Part shown: piece by piece, positions 26,206-34,664 of the stretch
How positions within the stretch are numbered: the stretch's first letter is position 1
Layout: every line of letters begins with the position of its first letter
Source: Myxococcota bacterium
Lineage (GTDB): Bacteria > Myxococcota_A > UBA796 > JAJRTE01
Direction: 5' to 3'
DNA: 64,000 nt
Assembly: GCA_024278455.1 (NCBI GenBank)
Contig: JAJRTE010000082.1
Coordinates: forward strand, 16,026-80,025
Translations under genes and position numbers: made by a program
The notes under the pieces: generated by a model
Told to the model about the DNA's origin: nothing
Seen by the model: only the letters and a program-made list of their open reading frames with translations
The model's database searches: none

Positions 26206-27756
26206 ATGCGGAAAACGATTGCGACCCTCTGCTCGGGTCTGTTGCTCTGTGCCCTGCTCGTGGCGGGCGGCTGCGGCGGCGATGACGACGACGACACGTC
26301 CCCGTCCGCCACGGTTCCCGGGGACGATGATATCACCCTGACCGGGGACGACGACGCCTCCCTCGGAGACGACGACGCGACCACACCCGGCGACGACACC
26401 GCGACGCCGGTCCCGCCGAGTCCGACTCCCAACGCGCTTCCCGAAGGGGAATACCTGATCCTGGTTCCCGACAATCAGGCCAATCTGTTCAGGGTGATCG
26501 ACCCCTACACCGATACCCAGGTCTACCTCCTGGACCTCGCGGACGTGAATCCGGAACTCTGCACGCAGATCCCCATGGGCTGCCTCATCGCCGGAGGCTA
26601 TCACCAACTCGTGGATGGTCACGACCATCTCGATGTGGCCTATGGACTGGCCGGGGCCAACGGACTCCGGGTCGGGTTCGTCGGACAACTCCAACGCATC
26701 CTGATGACGGACCCCCCCGAGACCCGGTGGACCCTGAGCGAGCTGGACTTCTCCGGCCTTCCCGACGGCCCGGACGCCTATTGCGCCGCGGACCCCGAGG
26801 ACCCCTGCAAACCCGACCCCGACGCTCCCGAGGAACTCAGCGGCCTGTGTCACGTCGGCGACGCTCACGACTTCATCGTCCTCTCGGACGACTCCCAGGC
26901 ACAAACCGCGGAACTGCTCGTGACCGGTACGGATACCTACCGCATGTACAAGGTGCGCCTCGACTACTCCGGCGGCAACACCTGTGGGAAGGTCACCGCC
27001 TACATCGATCATCAACGCAACCCCGAATGGCCCGAATACACACAGGCAAACAACCTGATCGCCGTCCCCGACGACGAGCGGGAGCTGTACATCATCAATT
27101 TCCGCTCGATCGAGTCCAATCACAATCGCAGCGGCATCGTCCAGTTGTGGGAAATCACGTCCGATGGGCAGTGGGTAAGCCACTGGACCTTCCCGGAACA
27201 GCCCGATGACGGATCGATGCACTTCTTCCGCATGCCCCACGGGGGAGACCTCGAGGTGGATGGAAGCCCTGACGGCCACATCTACCGGCTGTGCAACTCG
27301 GCCGCCTTCGCCGAATCCGACGACTACACAGGGACCAACCCGCCCGGAGGAAGCTGCCCGGCGCTCCTTTTGCGGGATTTCATGTCCACCCCGGACTACT
27401 TGCACGACCTGTACCAGCCGGAAGACGTCATGGGGTGGGCCTTTCCGCGCCAGGTGACCCACGTGGGAGACGGAACGCTGATCGTGACCGACTCGGGCTG
27501 CCAGGCCGCCTCCATGTGCCCCTACACGCCCCGCCTCATCTGGCTCGACGACGTCGAAACCCTGAATTCGAGCAAGGGCGGCTACTGGACCGAGACGTTC
27601 GACCAGTACGAGCTGCTCGACCAGACCCCCAACGTGCTCAAGGTGCTCGAATGCGGGCTGGTCAACCCCTACTGGGTCGACGTGATCCACAGCGACGACT
27701 ACGGCCCCGAAATCCTCTCCGCTCTCGCCTCCGGCGGTATCCCCTGCCCGCGCTGA
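26206..27756 (+). CDS. lipoprotein with Asp-rich linker, function unknown
   Basis: Signal peptide and lipobox 'MRKTIATLCSGLLLCALLVAGGC'. An acidic low-complexity linker 'GGDDDDDTSP...GDDDITLTGDDDASLGDDDATTPGDD' is followed by a 400-aa globular region rich in aromatics. Confidence 0.6.
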   Translation: MRKTIATLCSGLLLCALLVAGGCGGDDDDDTSPSATVPGDDDITLTGDDDASLGDDDATTPGDDTATPVPPSPTPNALPEGEYLILVPDNQANLFRVIDPYTDTQVYLLDLADVNPELCTQIPMGCLIAGGYHQLVDGHDHLDVAYGLAGANGLRVGFVGQLQRILMTDPPETRWTLSELDFSGLPDGPDAYCAADPEDPCKPDPDAPEELSGLCHVGDAHDFIVLSDDSQAQTAELLVTGTDTYRMYKVRLDYSGGNTCGKVTAYIDHQRNPEWPEYTQANNLIAVPDDERELYIINFRSIESNHNRSGIVQLWEITSDGQWVSHWTFPEQPDDGSMHFFRMPHGGDLEVDGSPDGHIYRLCNSAAFAESDDYTGTNPPGGSCPALLLRDFMSTPDYLHDLYQPEDVMGWAFPRQVTHVGDGTLIVTDSGCQAASMCPYTPRLIWLDDVETLNSSKGGYWTETFDQYELLDQTPNVLKVLECGLVNPYWVDVIHSDDYGPEILSALASGGIPCPR

Positions 27757-28012
27757 CGCACGATGGCGCGGGCGCTGAGGAGCGTCGCGCCGACTCCCTG
27801 GCGCAGGGCGAACACCGGCGCCCAGGCCAACACCGCCTCCTCGAGCAGGCCAATCTCGCTCCAGGGCTAGACGCACCGGTCTGAATTTGGTAGTACTATC
27901 AGCAGCGTCGTTCCGGCAGCGGAATCCGGCAGCCGGGCACGGGTCTGCCGGCGCTTCGGGGGCATCGTGCTACCGGTTGAACAAAAAATGTTCTTGCAGA
28001 AGCAGTGGTGAA

Positions 28013-29554
28013 ATGTCTTCCAAGCCCGTCCACATCGCCCTCGTGTCCCTCTACGTCATAGAGAACAGCGGCATCCGGACCCTGGCCGCCGTCCTGCGGC
28101 GCAACGGACACCGTGTGACCGAGGTCTATTTCAAGGACTGGATCAACAATCGTATCGCATGGCCCACCGAACGGGAACTGCGCAACCTCACCCGGCTTCT
28201 CCTGGACCGAGGGGTCGCCCTGGTCGGGCTCAGCGTGCGAGCCTCCGCATTCATCGATATCGCGGTCCACATCACGAAGCGCATAAGGGCCGACGTGGCG
28301 GTCCCGGTCATCTGGGGAGGCATCCACGCTACATCCGTGCCCGACGAATGCGTCGCCGCCGCGGACGCCATCTGTATCGGCGAGGGAGAACAGGCCTTGG
28401 CCGAATTCGTCGACGCCTTCGCCGAAGGAGACGGCCGGCTCCCCACCCAGATCCCCAACTTCTGGGTCCGGGACGGTGACGCGATCATCCGCAACGACGT
28501 GGCCCCCCTCTGCACGGACCTCGACACCATACCGTTCAAGGACTACCACAGCCACGACGACAAGTTCTACCTCGACGGCCGGCGCGTCGTGCCGGGCGAC
28601 CCGGGCAGGAACGACCGAATGTACCTGGTGATGGCGTCTCGAGGCTGTATCTACAGCAAATGCAGCTTCTGCATCAACACCATGTTGAACAAAGTCTATC
28701 CTGGCGGATACCGGTACCGGCGACGCAGTGTCGAGAACGTGATCGACGAATTGGTCTATGCCAGGAAGCACCTCCCGAAACTCAAGCGGATTCGGTTCGA
28801 CGACGAGATCTTCCCGTTGGACCGGGACTGGGTCGACGCTTTCTGCAAGGCCTATGGCGCAAAGGTGGCGCTCCCGTTCGAGTGTCACCTGCACCCGGTT
28901 TTCTACAGCGAGCGCAACCTGCGCAAGCTCAAGGCGGTAGGACTCGATTCGGTCGCCATCGGCGTACAGACCAGCGAACGGGTGGCGCGCACGTGGTACA
29001 ACCGGAGCGAGACCACGGAGGACATCCTGAAGGCGGCGCACGTGCTGCACCGGCTCAAGCTCAAGGCGTGCTACCAGGTTATCATGGACGACCCGGTGAC
29101 CACCGAGGAGGACAGGCGGCGCCTTTTCGACCTCCTGCTGAAGATTCCCAGGCCCTACGAACTCTACCTGTTTTCCCTGACCCTGTACCCGGGCACGGAC
29201 CTCACCACGCGGCTCCTCAAGGAGGGGTTGGCCACCATCGACGACGTGGAAGGCAAGGCGAGAAAGGTATTCTCCCAGTTCAGGGTCGACCTCTCCTACC
29301 CCCGGTCTCGAGACGAGACGTTCTGGATCGCGCTCCTGGTTCTCGTGTCCAAGGACTTCGTGCCCAGACCGTTGCTCCGCAGGATCGCCCGAAGCAAACG
29401 CGCGCGCCGGCACCTCGGCCTCCTCGTGGCGGCCGCCCAGGCGGCGAACGTCGCAAAGATGTCGGCCATCGCCATGGAGATGCTGCTGAAAGGAGAACTG
29501 AGCGCCAGCCTGTTGCGGCGATGGCTGAACCCGCGCTCATTGATCACGCAGTAG
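28013..29554 (+). CDS. B12-binding domain-containing radical SAM protein (class B rSAM)
   Basis: The N-terminal cobalamin-binding-like region is 'VHIALVSLYVIENSGIRTLAAVLRRNGHRV...VGLSV'. The radical-SAM cysteine motif is 'ASRGCIYSKCSFC' (Cx4Cx2C spacing). 513 aa. Confidence 0.75.
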   Translation: MSSKPVHIALVSLYVIENSGIRTLAAVLRRNGHRVTEVYFKDWINNRIAWPTERELRNLTRLLLDRGVALVGLSVRASAFIDIAVHITKRIRADVAVPVIWGGIHATSVPDECVAAADAICIGEGEQALAEFVDAFAEGDGRLPTQIPNFWVRDGDAIIRNDVAPLCTDLDTIPFKDYHSHDDKFYLDGRRVVPGDPGRNDRMYLVMASRGCIYSKCSFCINTMLNKVYPGGYRYRRRSVENVIDELVYARKHLPKLKRIRFDDEIFPLDRDWVDAFCKAYGAKVALPFECHLHPVFYSERNLRKLKAVGLDSVAIGVQTSERVARTWYNRSETTEDILKAAHVLHRLKLKACYQVIMDDPVTTEEDRRRLFDLLLKIPRPYELYLFSLTLYPGTDLTTRLLKEGLATIDDVEGKARKVFSQFRVDLSYPRSRDETFWIALLVLVSKDFVPRPLLRRIARSKRARRHLGLLVAAAQAANVAKMSAIAMEMLLKGELSASLLRRWLNPRSLITQ

Positions 29555-29578
29555 GGGCGCCGCGCGCTGCGCCCCTAC
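29551..29578 (+). terminator. GC-rich perfect hairpin overlapping the rSAM stop codon (candidate intrinsic terminator, no U-tract)
   Basis: Seen directly: GTAGGGGCGC-cgcgcgct-GCGCCCCTAC, a 10-bp stem with an 8-nt loop. The stop TAG is at 29552-29554. It lies between convergent genes. Confidence 0.35.
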
Positions 29579-29701
29579 CCGCGCCTCTATCCGCGCCCCT
29601 TCCTGTGGGGGGGGCCGATTCACGTCACATTCCCAACCGCAACGCGGGCGGCCAATTCTCACCTCACATGTCCAACCGCACCGCGGGGCGGCTACCTGGA
29701 T

Positions 29702-30697
29702 CTACGGCGACACCTCGTGCAGAAAGGCCCGCATGGCTCGAGCCGTATCGCGGGGGTTGGAGTGGTTGCACGAGTGGTCGCCGGCGATGGTCACCTCACG
29801 CGGGAACAGGTGGCGCCTGGTCCACACGAACTCTCCTGGCAGGAAAGATATGGTTCGGCTCGCCTTGATCAGCAGGACCGGGCAACGGATGCGAGCCGCC
29901 ACGTCCCGGATGTCGGACATGAGCGTCTGGTAGAGTATTTCCTCGAGGCCTTCGTCGGGAAGGTGATGATGGTAGGAGCCATCCGGGTGCCGCAGGAAGT
30001 TCGCGGTCCAGAAGCGGCGGTCCATCTCGTCGTCGTGGCACAGGAACGGGATCTGCCGGTAGGCGTTCCACCAGGCGTCATCGTCTGGGAACGGCCCGCG
30101 TTCCGCGGCGAACATGGCGTCCATGACCCTGTCGAGCGTTCTGTAGGCGACGTTGAGGCCCTGGGGCAAGACCGGGTCGCCCAGGATGAGCGACCGGACC
30201 CGTTCGGGACATGACCCGGCGAAGTGGGTGACCACCACGCCGCCCCACGAGTGTCCCGCGATGTCTACCTGTCCGATGCCCCACGCATCGAGGAACGCCT
30301 CGAGGTCCCTGGTGGTGTTCTCGAGGGCGTAGCCGTCTGGGGGGAGGTCGCTTTGGCCGTGGCCTCTCAGTTCCACCGCAACGACGTCCCGCGCCGGGCT
30401 CAACAGGCAAGCGACTCGAGCCCAGATCCAGGCGTTGGCGTTCAGGCCGTGCACGAGCAGGAGCGGCGGCCCACTGCCTTCCCAGTGGAGTGCATTCAAC
30501 GTCAGAGCCCCGGCCCGGACCTTCTGGTCGGGCGGAAAGCGATAGGTATCCGGATCCACCGGGGGGAGGGACGGGCCCAACCTGGCCCCGACCTTCAGCA
30601 AGCGCACAGCGCCGCGCACCCACCAGGTGGGACGGCGCCCCTGGTCCACGGTGATGCCTCTTTCCTGTCGCCGCCGGTGGTGGTTGTGCACGATCAC
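29702..30697 (-). CDS. alpha/beta-fold hydrolase
   Basis: Nucleophile elbow 'IAGHSWGGVV' (GxSxG). 'LLLVHGLNANAWIW' is typical of the alpha/beta hydrolase N-terminal strand-loop. Confidence 0.8.
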   Translation of the reverse strand: MIVHNHHRRRQERGITVDQGRRPTWWVRGAVRLLKVGARLGPSLPPVDPDTYRFPPDQKVRAGALTLNALHWEGSGPPLLLVHGLNANAWIWARVACLLSPARDVVAVELRGHGQSDLPPDGYALENTTRDLEAFLDAWGIGQVDIAGHSWGGVVVTHFAGSCPERVRSLILGDPVLPQGLNVAYRTLDRVMDAMFAAERGPFPDDDAWWNAYRQIPFLCHDDEMDRRFWTANFLRHPDGSYHHHLPDEGLEEILYQTLMSDIRDVAARIRCPVLLIKASRTISFLPGEFVWTRRHLFPREVTIAGDHSCNHSNPRDTARAMRAFLHEVSP

Positions 30698-30825
30698 CTC
30701 TCCCCGAAACGTTTTTCTGTCAAGTCCGACACAACGTCGTTGAAGTCTTCCAGTGCGAGTGCTAACATGAATCCGCCTGCCATTTGTGGCTTTTCAGCAC
30801 GTTCGAATGTATCAGGAGGTTTGCA

Positions 30826-33800
30826 ATGCACGAAACCCGACGCTCGCGAAGCCTGTCGTGGCCGGCTGTAGCCGTGCCCCTGGTTCTCGCCGCCTGGATG
30901 ACACCGGCACGGGCCGAGGACCTGGTCCTGGACGGCGAGGAGATCATTCTATCCGGGGAGGTATCGCTTGACCAGGTGATCCTCCGCAACGGCGCGGCCA
31001 TCCATGTCCTGCCCTACGATGGCGACCCTGCTACCGGCATGTTGACGATCCATGCCAAGAACATCGTCATCGACGAAACGTCGGCCATCATTGCAGACGG
31101 CGCCGGCTACCGTGGCGTGGCGGGCCGTCCGGGCGAGGGTCCTGCCGGCGGTGACGGCGGGGGTCGAGGCGGCGCCTGCTGCTGGGATGCCGGGGGAGGC
31201 GGTGCCTATGGCGGCGACGGTGGCAACGGTGCGAACGACAACTGCGTCCGGAGCGAAGGGGACGGCGGCAACGCCTATGGGACGACGAAGCGAGAAGACA
31301 TCGATCGCGGAGCAGCCGGCGGGTCATCCGGGGCTCGAGACGGGGGCGACGAGGGGCCTGGCGGCAACGGTGGTGGCGCGATCGCGCTCTACGCGGACAA
31401 TGCCGACATTGCGGGCACATTGAGTGCCAACGGTGCCCCAGGCATTCCGGCTGACGGAGACGCGCCAGGCGGTGGCGCTGGGGGCGGAATCCTCATCAAG
31501 GCAGGCACGCTCATGTTCACCGGGACAGCGGCGGCTCGAGGAGGTGACGGAGCGGTTGCGGACGACTTCGGCGGCGCAGGAGGCGGCGGTCGTATCAAGA
31601 TCTTCCACGACGCCGGCCAGGTCGGCGGGCGGTTCGAGGTCCAGGGCGGTTCGGTCGGCCCGGGTTGCGACCTGGCATCCGCCGGCTCCCCCGGCACGGC
31701 GGTCATCGTGCCCATCGACTACGACGGCGACGGCTACCAGGTATCGCAGGGAGATTGCAACGTCGCCGACCCGGACATCTACCCGGACGCCACGGAAATC
31801 GCCAACGGCATCGACGAAAACTGCAACGGACTCGTGGACGACGGCACCGAGGTCTACGACGACGACGGCGACGGCTTCGCCGAAGTCCACGGCGACTGCG
31901 ATGACGCCAACCCCTACACCTATCCAGACGCCGACGAACTGCCCGACCATTTCGACAACGACTGCGACGGCACCATCGACGAGGGCACCGTCCTCTACGA
32001 CGACGATGGCGACGGATACGCCGAAGACGAGGGCGACTGCGACGACACGACGCCATCGATCCACCCCGGGGCCGAGGAACTCCCGGACCTGGTCGACAAC
32101 GACTGCGACGGCACCGTCGACGAAGGCACAACCCTCTACGACGACGACGGTGATGGATTCTCCGAAGCCGACGGCGACTGCGACGACGACGCCCCCGAAT
32201 ACTACCCCGGCGCCCCGGAACTCGAGAACGGCATCGACGACGATTGCGACGGCACCATCGACGAGGGCACCGCGGCCTACGGCGACGACGGAGACGGGTT
32301 CTCAGAGAACGACGGCGACTGCGACGATACCGACCCAGGCGTCTTCCCCGGTGCGACAGAAACAGAGAACGGCATCGACGACAACTGCGACGGCACCATC
32401 GACGAGGGCACCCCCGCCTACGACGACGACGGAGACGGGTTCTCCGAAAACGACGGCGACTGCGACGACACCGCACCCGAGTACTACCCTGGTGCACAGG
32501 AACTCGAAAACGGCATCGACGACGATTGCGACGGCACCATCGACGAGGGCACCGCGGCCTACGACGACGACGGAGACGGGTTCTCCGAAAACGACGGCGA
32601 CTGCGACGACACCTCCGACACCATCTATCCCGGCGCACTCGAGACCGCCAACACGCTCGACGACGACTGCGATGGCACCATCGACGAAGGGACGGAGTTC
32701 TACGACGACGACGGAGACGGGTACACCGAGGCCAAGGGAGACTGCGACGACGCCGACCCGGCCATCCACCCAGCGGCGACCGAGACCGCCAACGGTATCG
32801 ACGACGACTGCAACGGTATCGTCGACGACGGCACGGCGGTCTATGACGACGACGGCGATGGATACTCCGAAAACGACGGGGACTGCGACGACACCGACCC
32901 GGCCGTCAGCCCGGCCGGCACGGAGATCGAAAACGGCGCCGATGACAACTGCGACGGCACGATCGACGAGGGAACTCGAGCCTTCGATGACGACGGCGAC
33001 GGGGTCACGGAACTCGAGGGAGACTGCGACGACGCCAACAGCGCCATCTTCCCGGGCGCAACCGAGACGCAGAACGGCATCGACGACGATTGCGACGGGC
33101 TCATCGACGACAGCACCCCCATCTACGACGACGACGGCGACGGCCTTTCCGAAGAACAAGGGGACTGCAACGACGGAAACCCGAACGTCTACCCCGGTGC
33201 TCCCGAAATCGTCAACGGCCTGGACGACGACTGCAACGGCATCGCCGACGACGGCACCGACTTCTACGACGACGACGGCGACGGCATCACAGAGAACGAT
33301 GGAGACTGCGACGACGCCGACCCCAACGCCTATCCGGGCGCGGACGAGACCGCCGACGGGACCGACAACGACTGCGACGGCGACACCGACGAAGGCACTT
33401 CCGTCTTCGACGACGATGGCGACGGATATGCCGAGGACGACGGGGACTGCGACGACACCAACATCAACGTCTACCCCGGCGCTCTGGAACTCGGCGACGG
33501 CCTCGACAACGATTGCGACGGCGAAATCGACGAGGATCCGGACCCGATCGACGACGACGGCGACGGGTTCGCCGAACTGGACGGCGACTGCGACGATACC
33601 AACCCGGACATCTATCCCGGCGCGCCGGAGATCGAGGATGGGCTCGACAACGACTGCGACGGCACCGCCGACGAGGGCACCGCCGCGTTCGACGACGACG
33701 GCGACGGATATTCGGAAAACGAAGGGGACTGCGACGACGAAGACCCGCTCCGCAATCCCGCCGCCGAAGAACTCGAGGACGGCACCGACAACGACTGCGA

Positions 33801-34500
33801 CGGCCGGATCGACAACGGAACACCAGGATTCGACGACGACGGCGACGGGTACTCGGAAAACGAAGGGGACTGCGACGACGCCAACCCTTACGCCTCCCCG
33901 GGGCTCGAGGAACTACCGGACGGCATCGACAACGACTGCGATACCATCATCGACGAAGGCACCGAAGCCTACGACGATGACGGAGACGGATACTCGGAAC
34001 TCGAGGGAGACTGCGACGACGCTAACGCCCTCGTCAACCCTGCCGCGCAAGAGGTCGCCGACGGCATCGACAACGACTGCGACGGCCAGGCAGACGAACC
34101 CGCCGGCCTCGACCAGGACGGCGACGGGTACACCCCGGACCAGGGCGACTGCGACGACACCGACCCGGCAGTCAACCCCGCCCAAACCGAGATCCCCGAC
34201 AACGGCATCGACGATGACTGCGACGGCACCGTCGACGGCGGTCAACCAACCCCCGGCGTCACCCCTGAACCAACGCTCGCCCCAACATCCACGCCACTGC
34301 CAGGCGACGACGACGGCACCACCGGCGGCGACGATGACGACACCGTTCCCGCCGGCGACGATGACACGGATACCGCATTCACGGGAGATGCCGGCGGCTG
34401 CTCCTGCACGAGTTCAGGACACGAGACCACCGGCCTCGGCGCGCTGCTCCTCCTCGTGGCCGTGCCCGCACCGTTCTTCCGGAGGCGCCGCACGCGCTGA
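30826..34500 (+). CDS. giant secreted protein: Gly-rich beta-helix-like region, 18 tandem MopE-like putative metal-binding repeats, C-terminal MYXO-CTERM sorting signal
   Basis: AGGAGG RBS. Signal peptide 'MHETRRSRSLSWPAVAVPLVLAAWMTPARA'. The repeats have the form 'YDDDGDGFSENDGDCDDTDPxxxPGAxExxNGIDDDCDGTIDEGT'. The C-terminus 'GGCSCTSSGHETTGLGALLLLVAVPAPFFRRRRTR' matches the MYXO-CTERM pattern (Cys motif, TM helix, Arg cluster). Confidence 0.8.
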   Translation: MHETRRSRSLSWPAVAVPLVLAAWMTPARAEDLVLDGEEIILSGEVSLDQVILRNGAAIHVLPYDGDPATGMLTIHAKNIVIDETSAIIADGAGYRGVAGRPGEGPAGGDGGGRGGACCWDAGGGGAYGGDGGNGANDNCVRSEGDGGNAYGTTKREDIDRGAAGGSSGARDGGDEGPGGNGGGAIALYADNADIAGTLSANGAPGIPADGDAPGGGAGGGILIKAGTLMFTGTAAARGGDGAVADDFGGAGGGGRIKIFHDAGQVGGRFEVQGGSVGPGCDLASAGSPGTAVIVPIDYDGDGYQVSQGDCNVADPDIYPDATEIANGIDENCNGLVDDGTEVYDDDGDGFAEVHGDCDDANPYTYPDADELPDHFDNDCDGTIDEGTVLYDDDGDGYAEDEGDCDDTTPSIHPGAEELPDLVDNDCDGTVDEGTTLYDDDGDGFSEADGDCDDDAPEYYPGAPELENGIDDDCDGTIDEGTAAYGDDGDGFSENDGDCDDTDPGVFPGATETENGIDDNCDGTIDEGTPAYDDDGDGFSENDGDCDDTAPEYYPGAQELENGIDDDCDGTIDEGTAAYDDDGDGFSENDGDCDDTSDTIYPGALETANTLDDDCDGTIDEGTEFYDDDGDGYTEAKGDCDDADPAIHPAATETANGIDDDCNGIVDDGTAVYDDDGDGYSENDGDCDDTDPAVSPAGTEIENGADDNCDGTIDEGTRAFDDDGDGVTELEGDCDDANSAIFPGATETQNGIDDDCDGLIDDSTPIYDDDGDGLSEEQGDCNDGNPNVYPGAPEIVNGLDDDCNGIADDGTDFYDDDGDGITENDGDCDDADPNAYPGADETADGTDNDCDGDTDEGTSVFDDDGDGYAEDDGDCDDTNINVYPGALELGDGLDNDCDGEIDEDPDPIDDDGDGFAELDGDCDDTNPDIYPGAPEIEDGLDNDCDGTADEGTAAFDDDGDGYSENEGDCDDEDPLRNPAAEELEDGTDNDCDGRIDNGTPGFDDDGDGYSENEGDCDDANPYASPGLEELPDGIDNDCDTIIDEGTEAYDDDGDGYSELEGDCDDANALVNPAAQEVADGIDNDCDGQADEPAGLDQDGDGYTPDQGDCDDTDPAVNPAQTEIPDNGIDDDCDGTVDGGQPTPGVTPEPTLAPTSTPLPGDDDGTTGGDDDDTVPAGDDDTDTAFTGDAGGCSCTSSGHETTGLGALLLLVAVPAPFFRRRRTR
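31714..34255 (+). repeat. coding tandem repeat array, 18 x 141 bp (47 aa)
   Basis: Counted directly in the translation: 18 consecutive units beginning (Y/F)DDDGDG and ending ...DCDG(T)(I)DEGTxx. The nucleotide period is 141 bp with high inter-unit identity. Confidence 0.85.
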
Positions 34501-34664
34501 GACCGGGCCTCGCACCCCGGAACGCCCCCCGAATCTCCACCGGCCGTGATGTCCACGGCACGCACCGGCACGGGCACTGCTCGGACCGGCCCCCGCGGGA
34601 ACCTCCTTAGCACGAAGGCATCGAGGGGCAAACCTCGAACGGTGCGGCTTCGCGCTTCCCCACC

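Noticed and set aside
25951-27876. 641-aa minus-strand ORF overlapping the 26206..27756 lipoprotein
   Set aside because: The plus-strand frame has a classic lipoprotein signal (LVAGGC) and aromatic-rich globular composition. The minus frame is Gly/Val/Arg low-complexity. Confidence in the plus call is moderate only.
31714-34255. Tandem 141-bp repeats as a CRISPR array or non-coding satellite
   Set aside because: Units are 141 bp, contiguous without unique spacers, and in-frame within a long ORF encoding a conserved protein motif. There are no cas genes. This is a coding repeat.
31424-34549. 1041-aa alternate-frame ORF over the MopE repeat array (Thr/Ala/Pro/Ser-rich translation)
   Set aside because: A frame-shifted reading of the same 141-bp repeats. 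It has no start context or signal. The in-frame reading gives the conserved DxDGDG/CDD motifs and the MYXO-CTERM tail.
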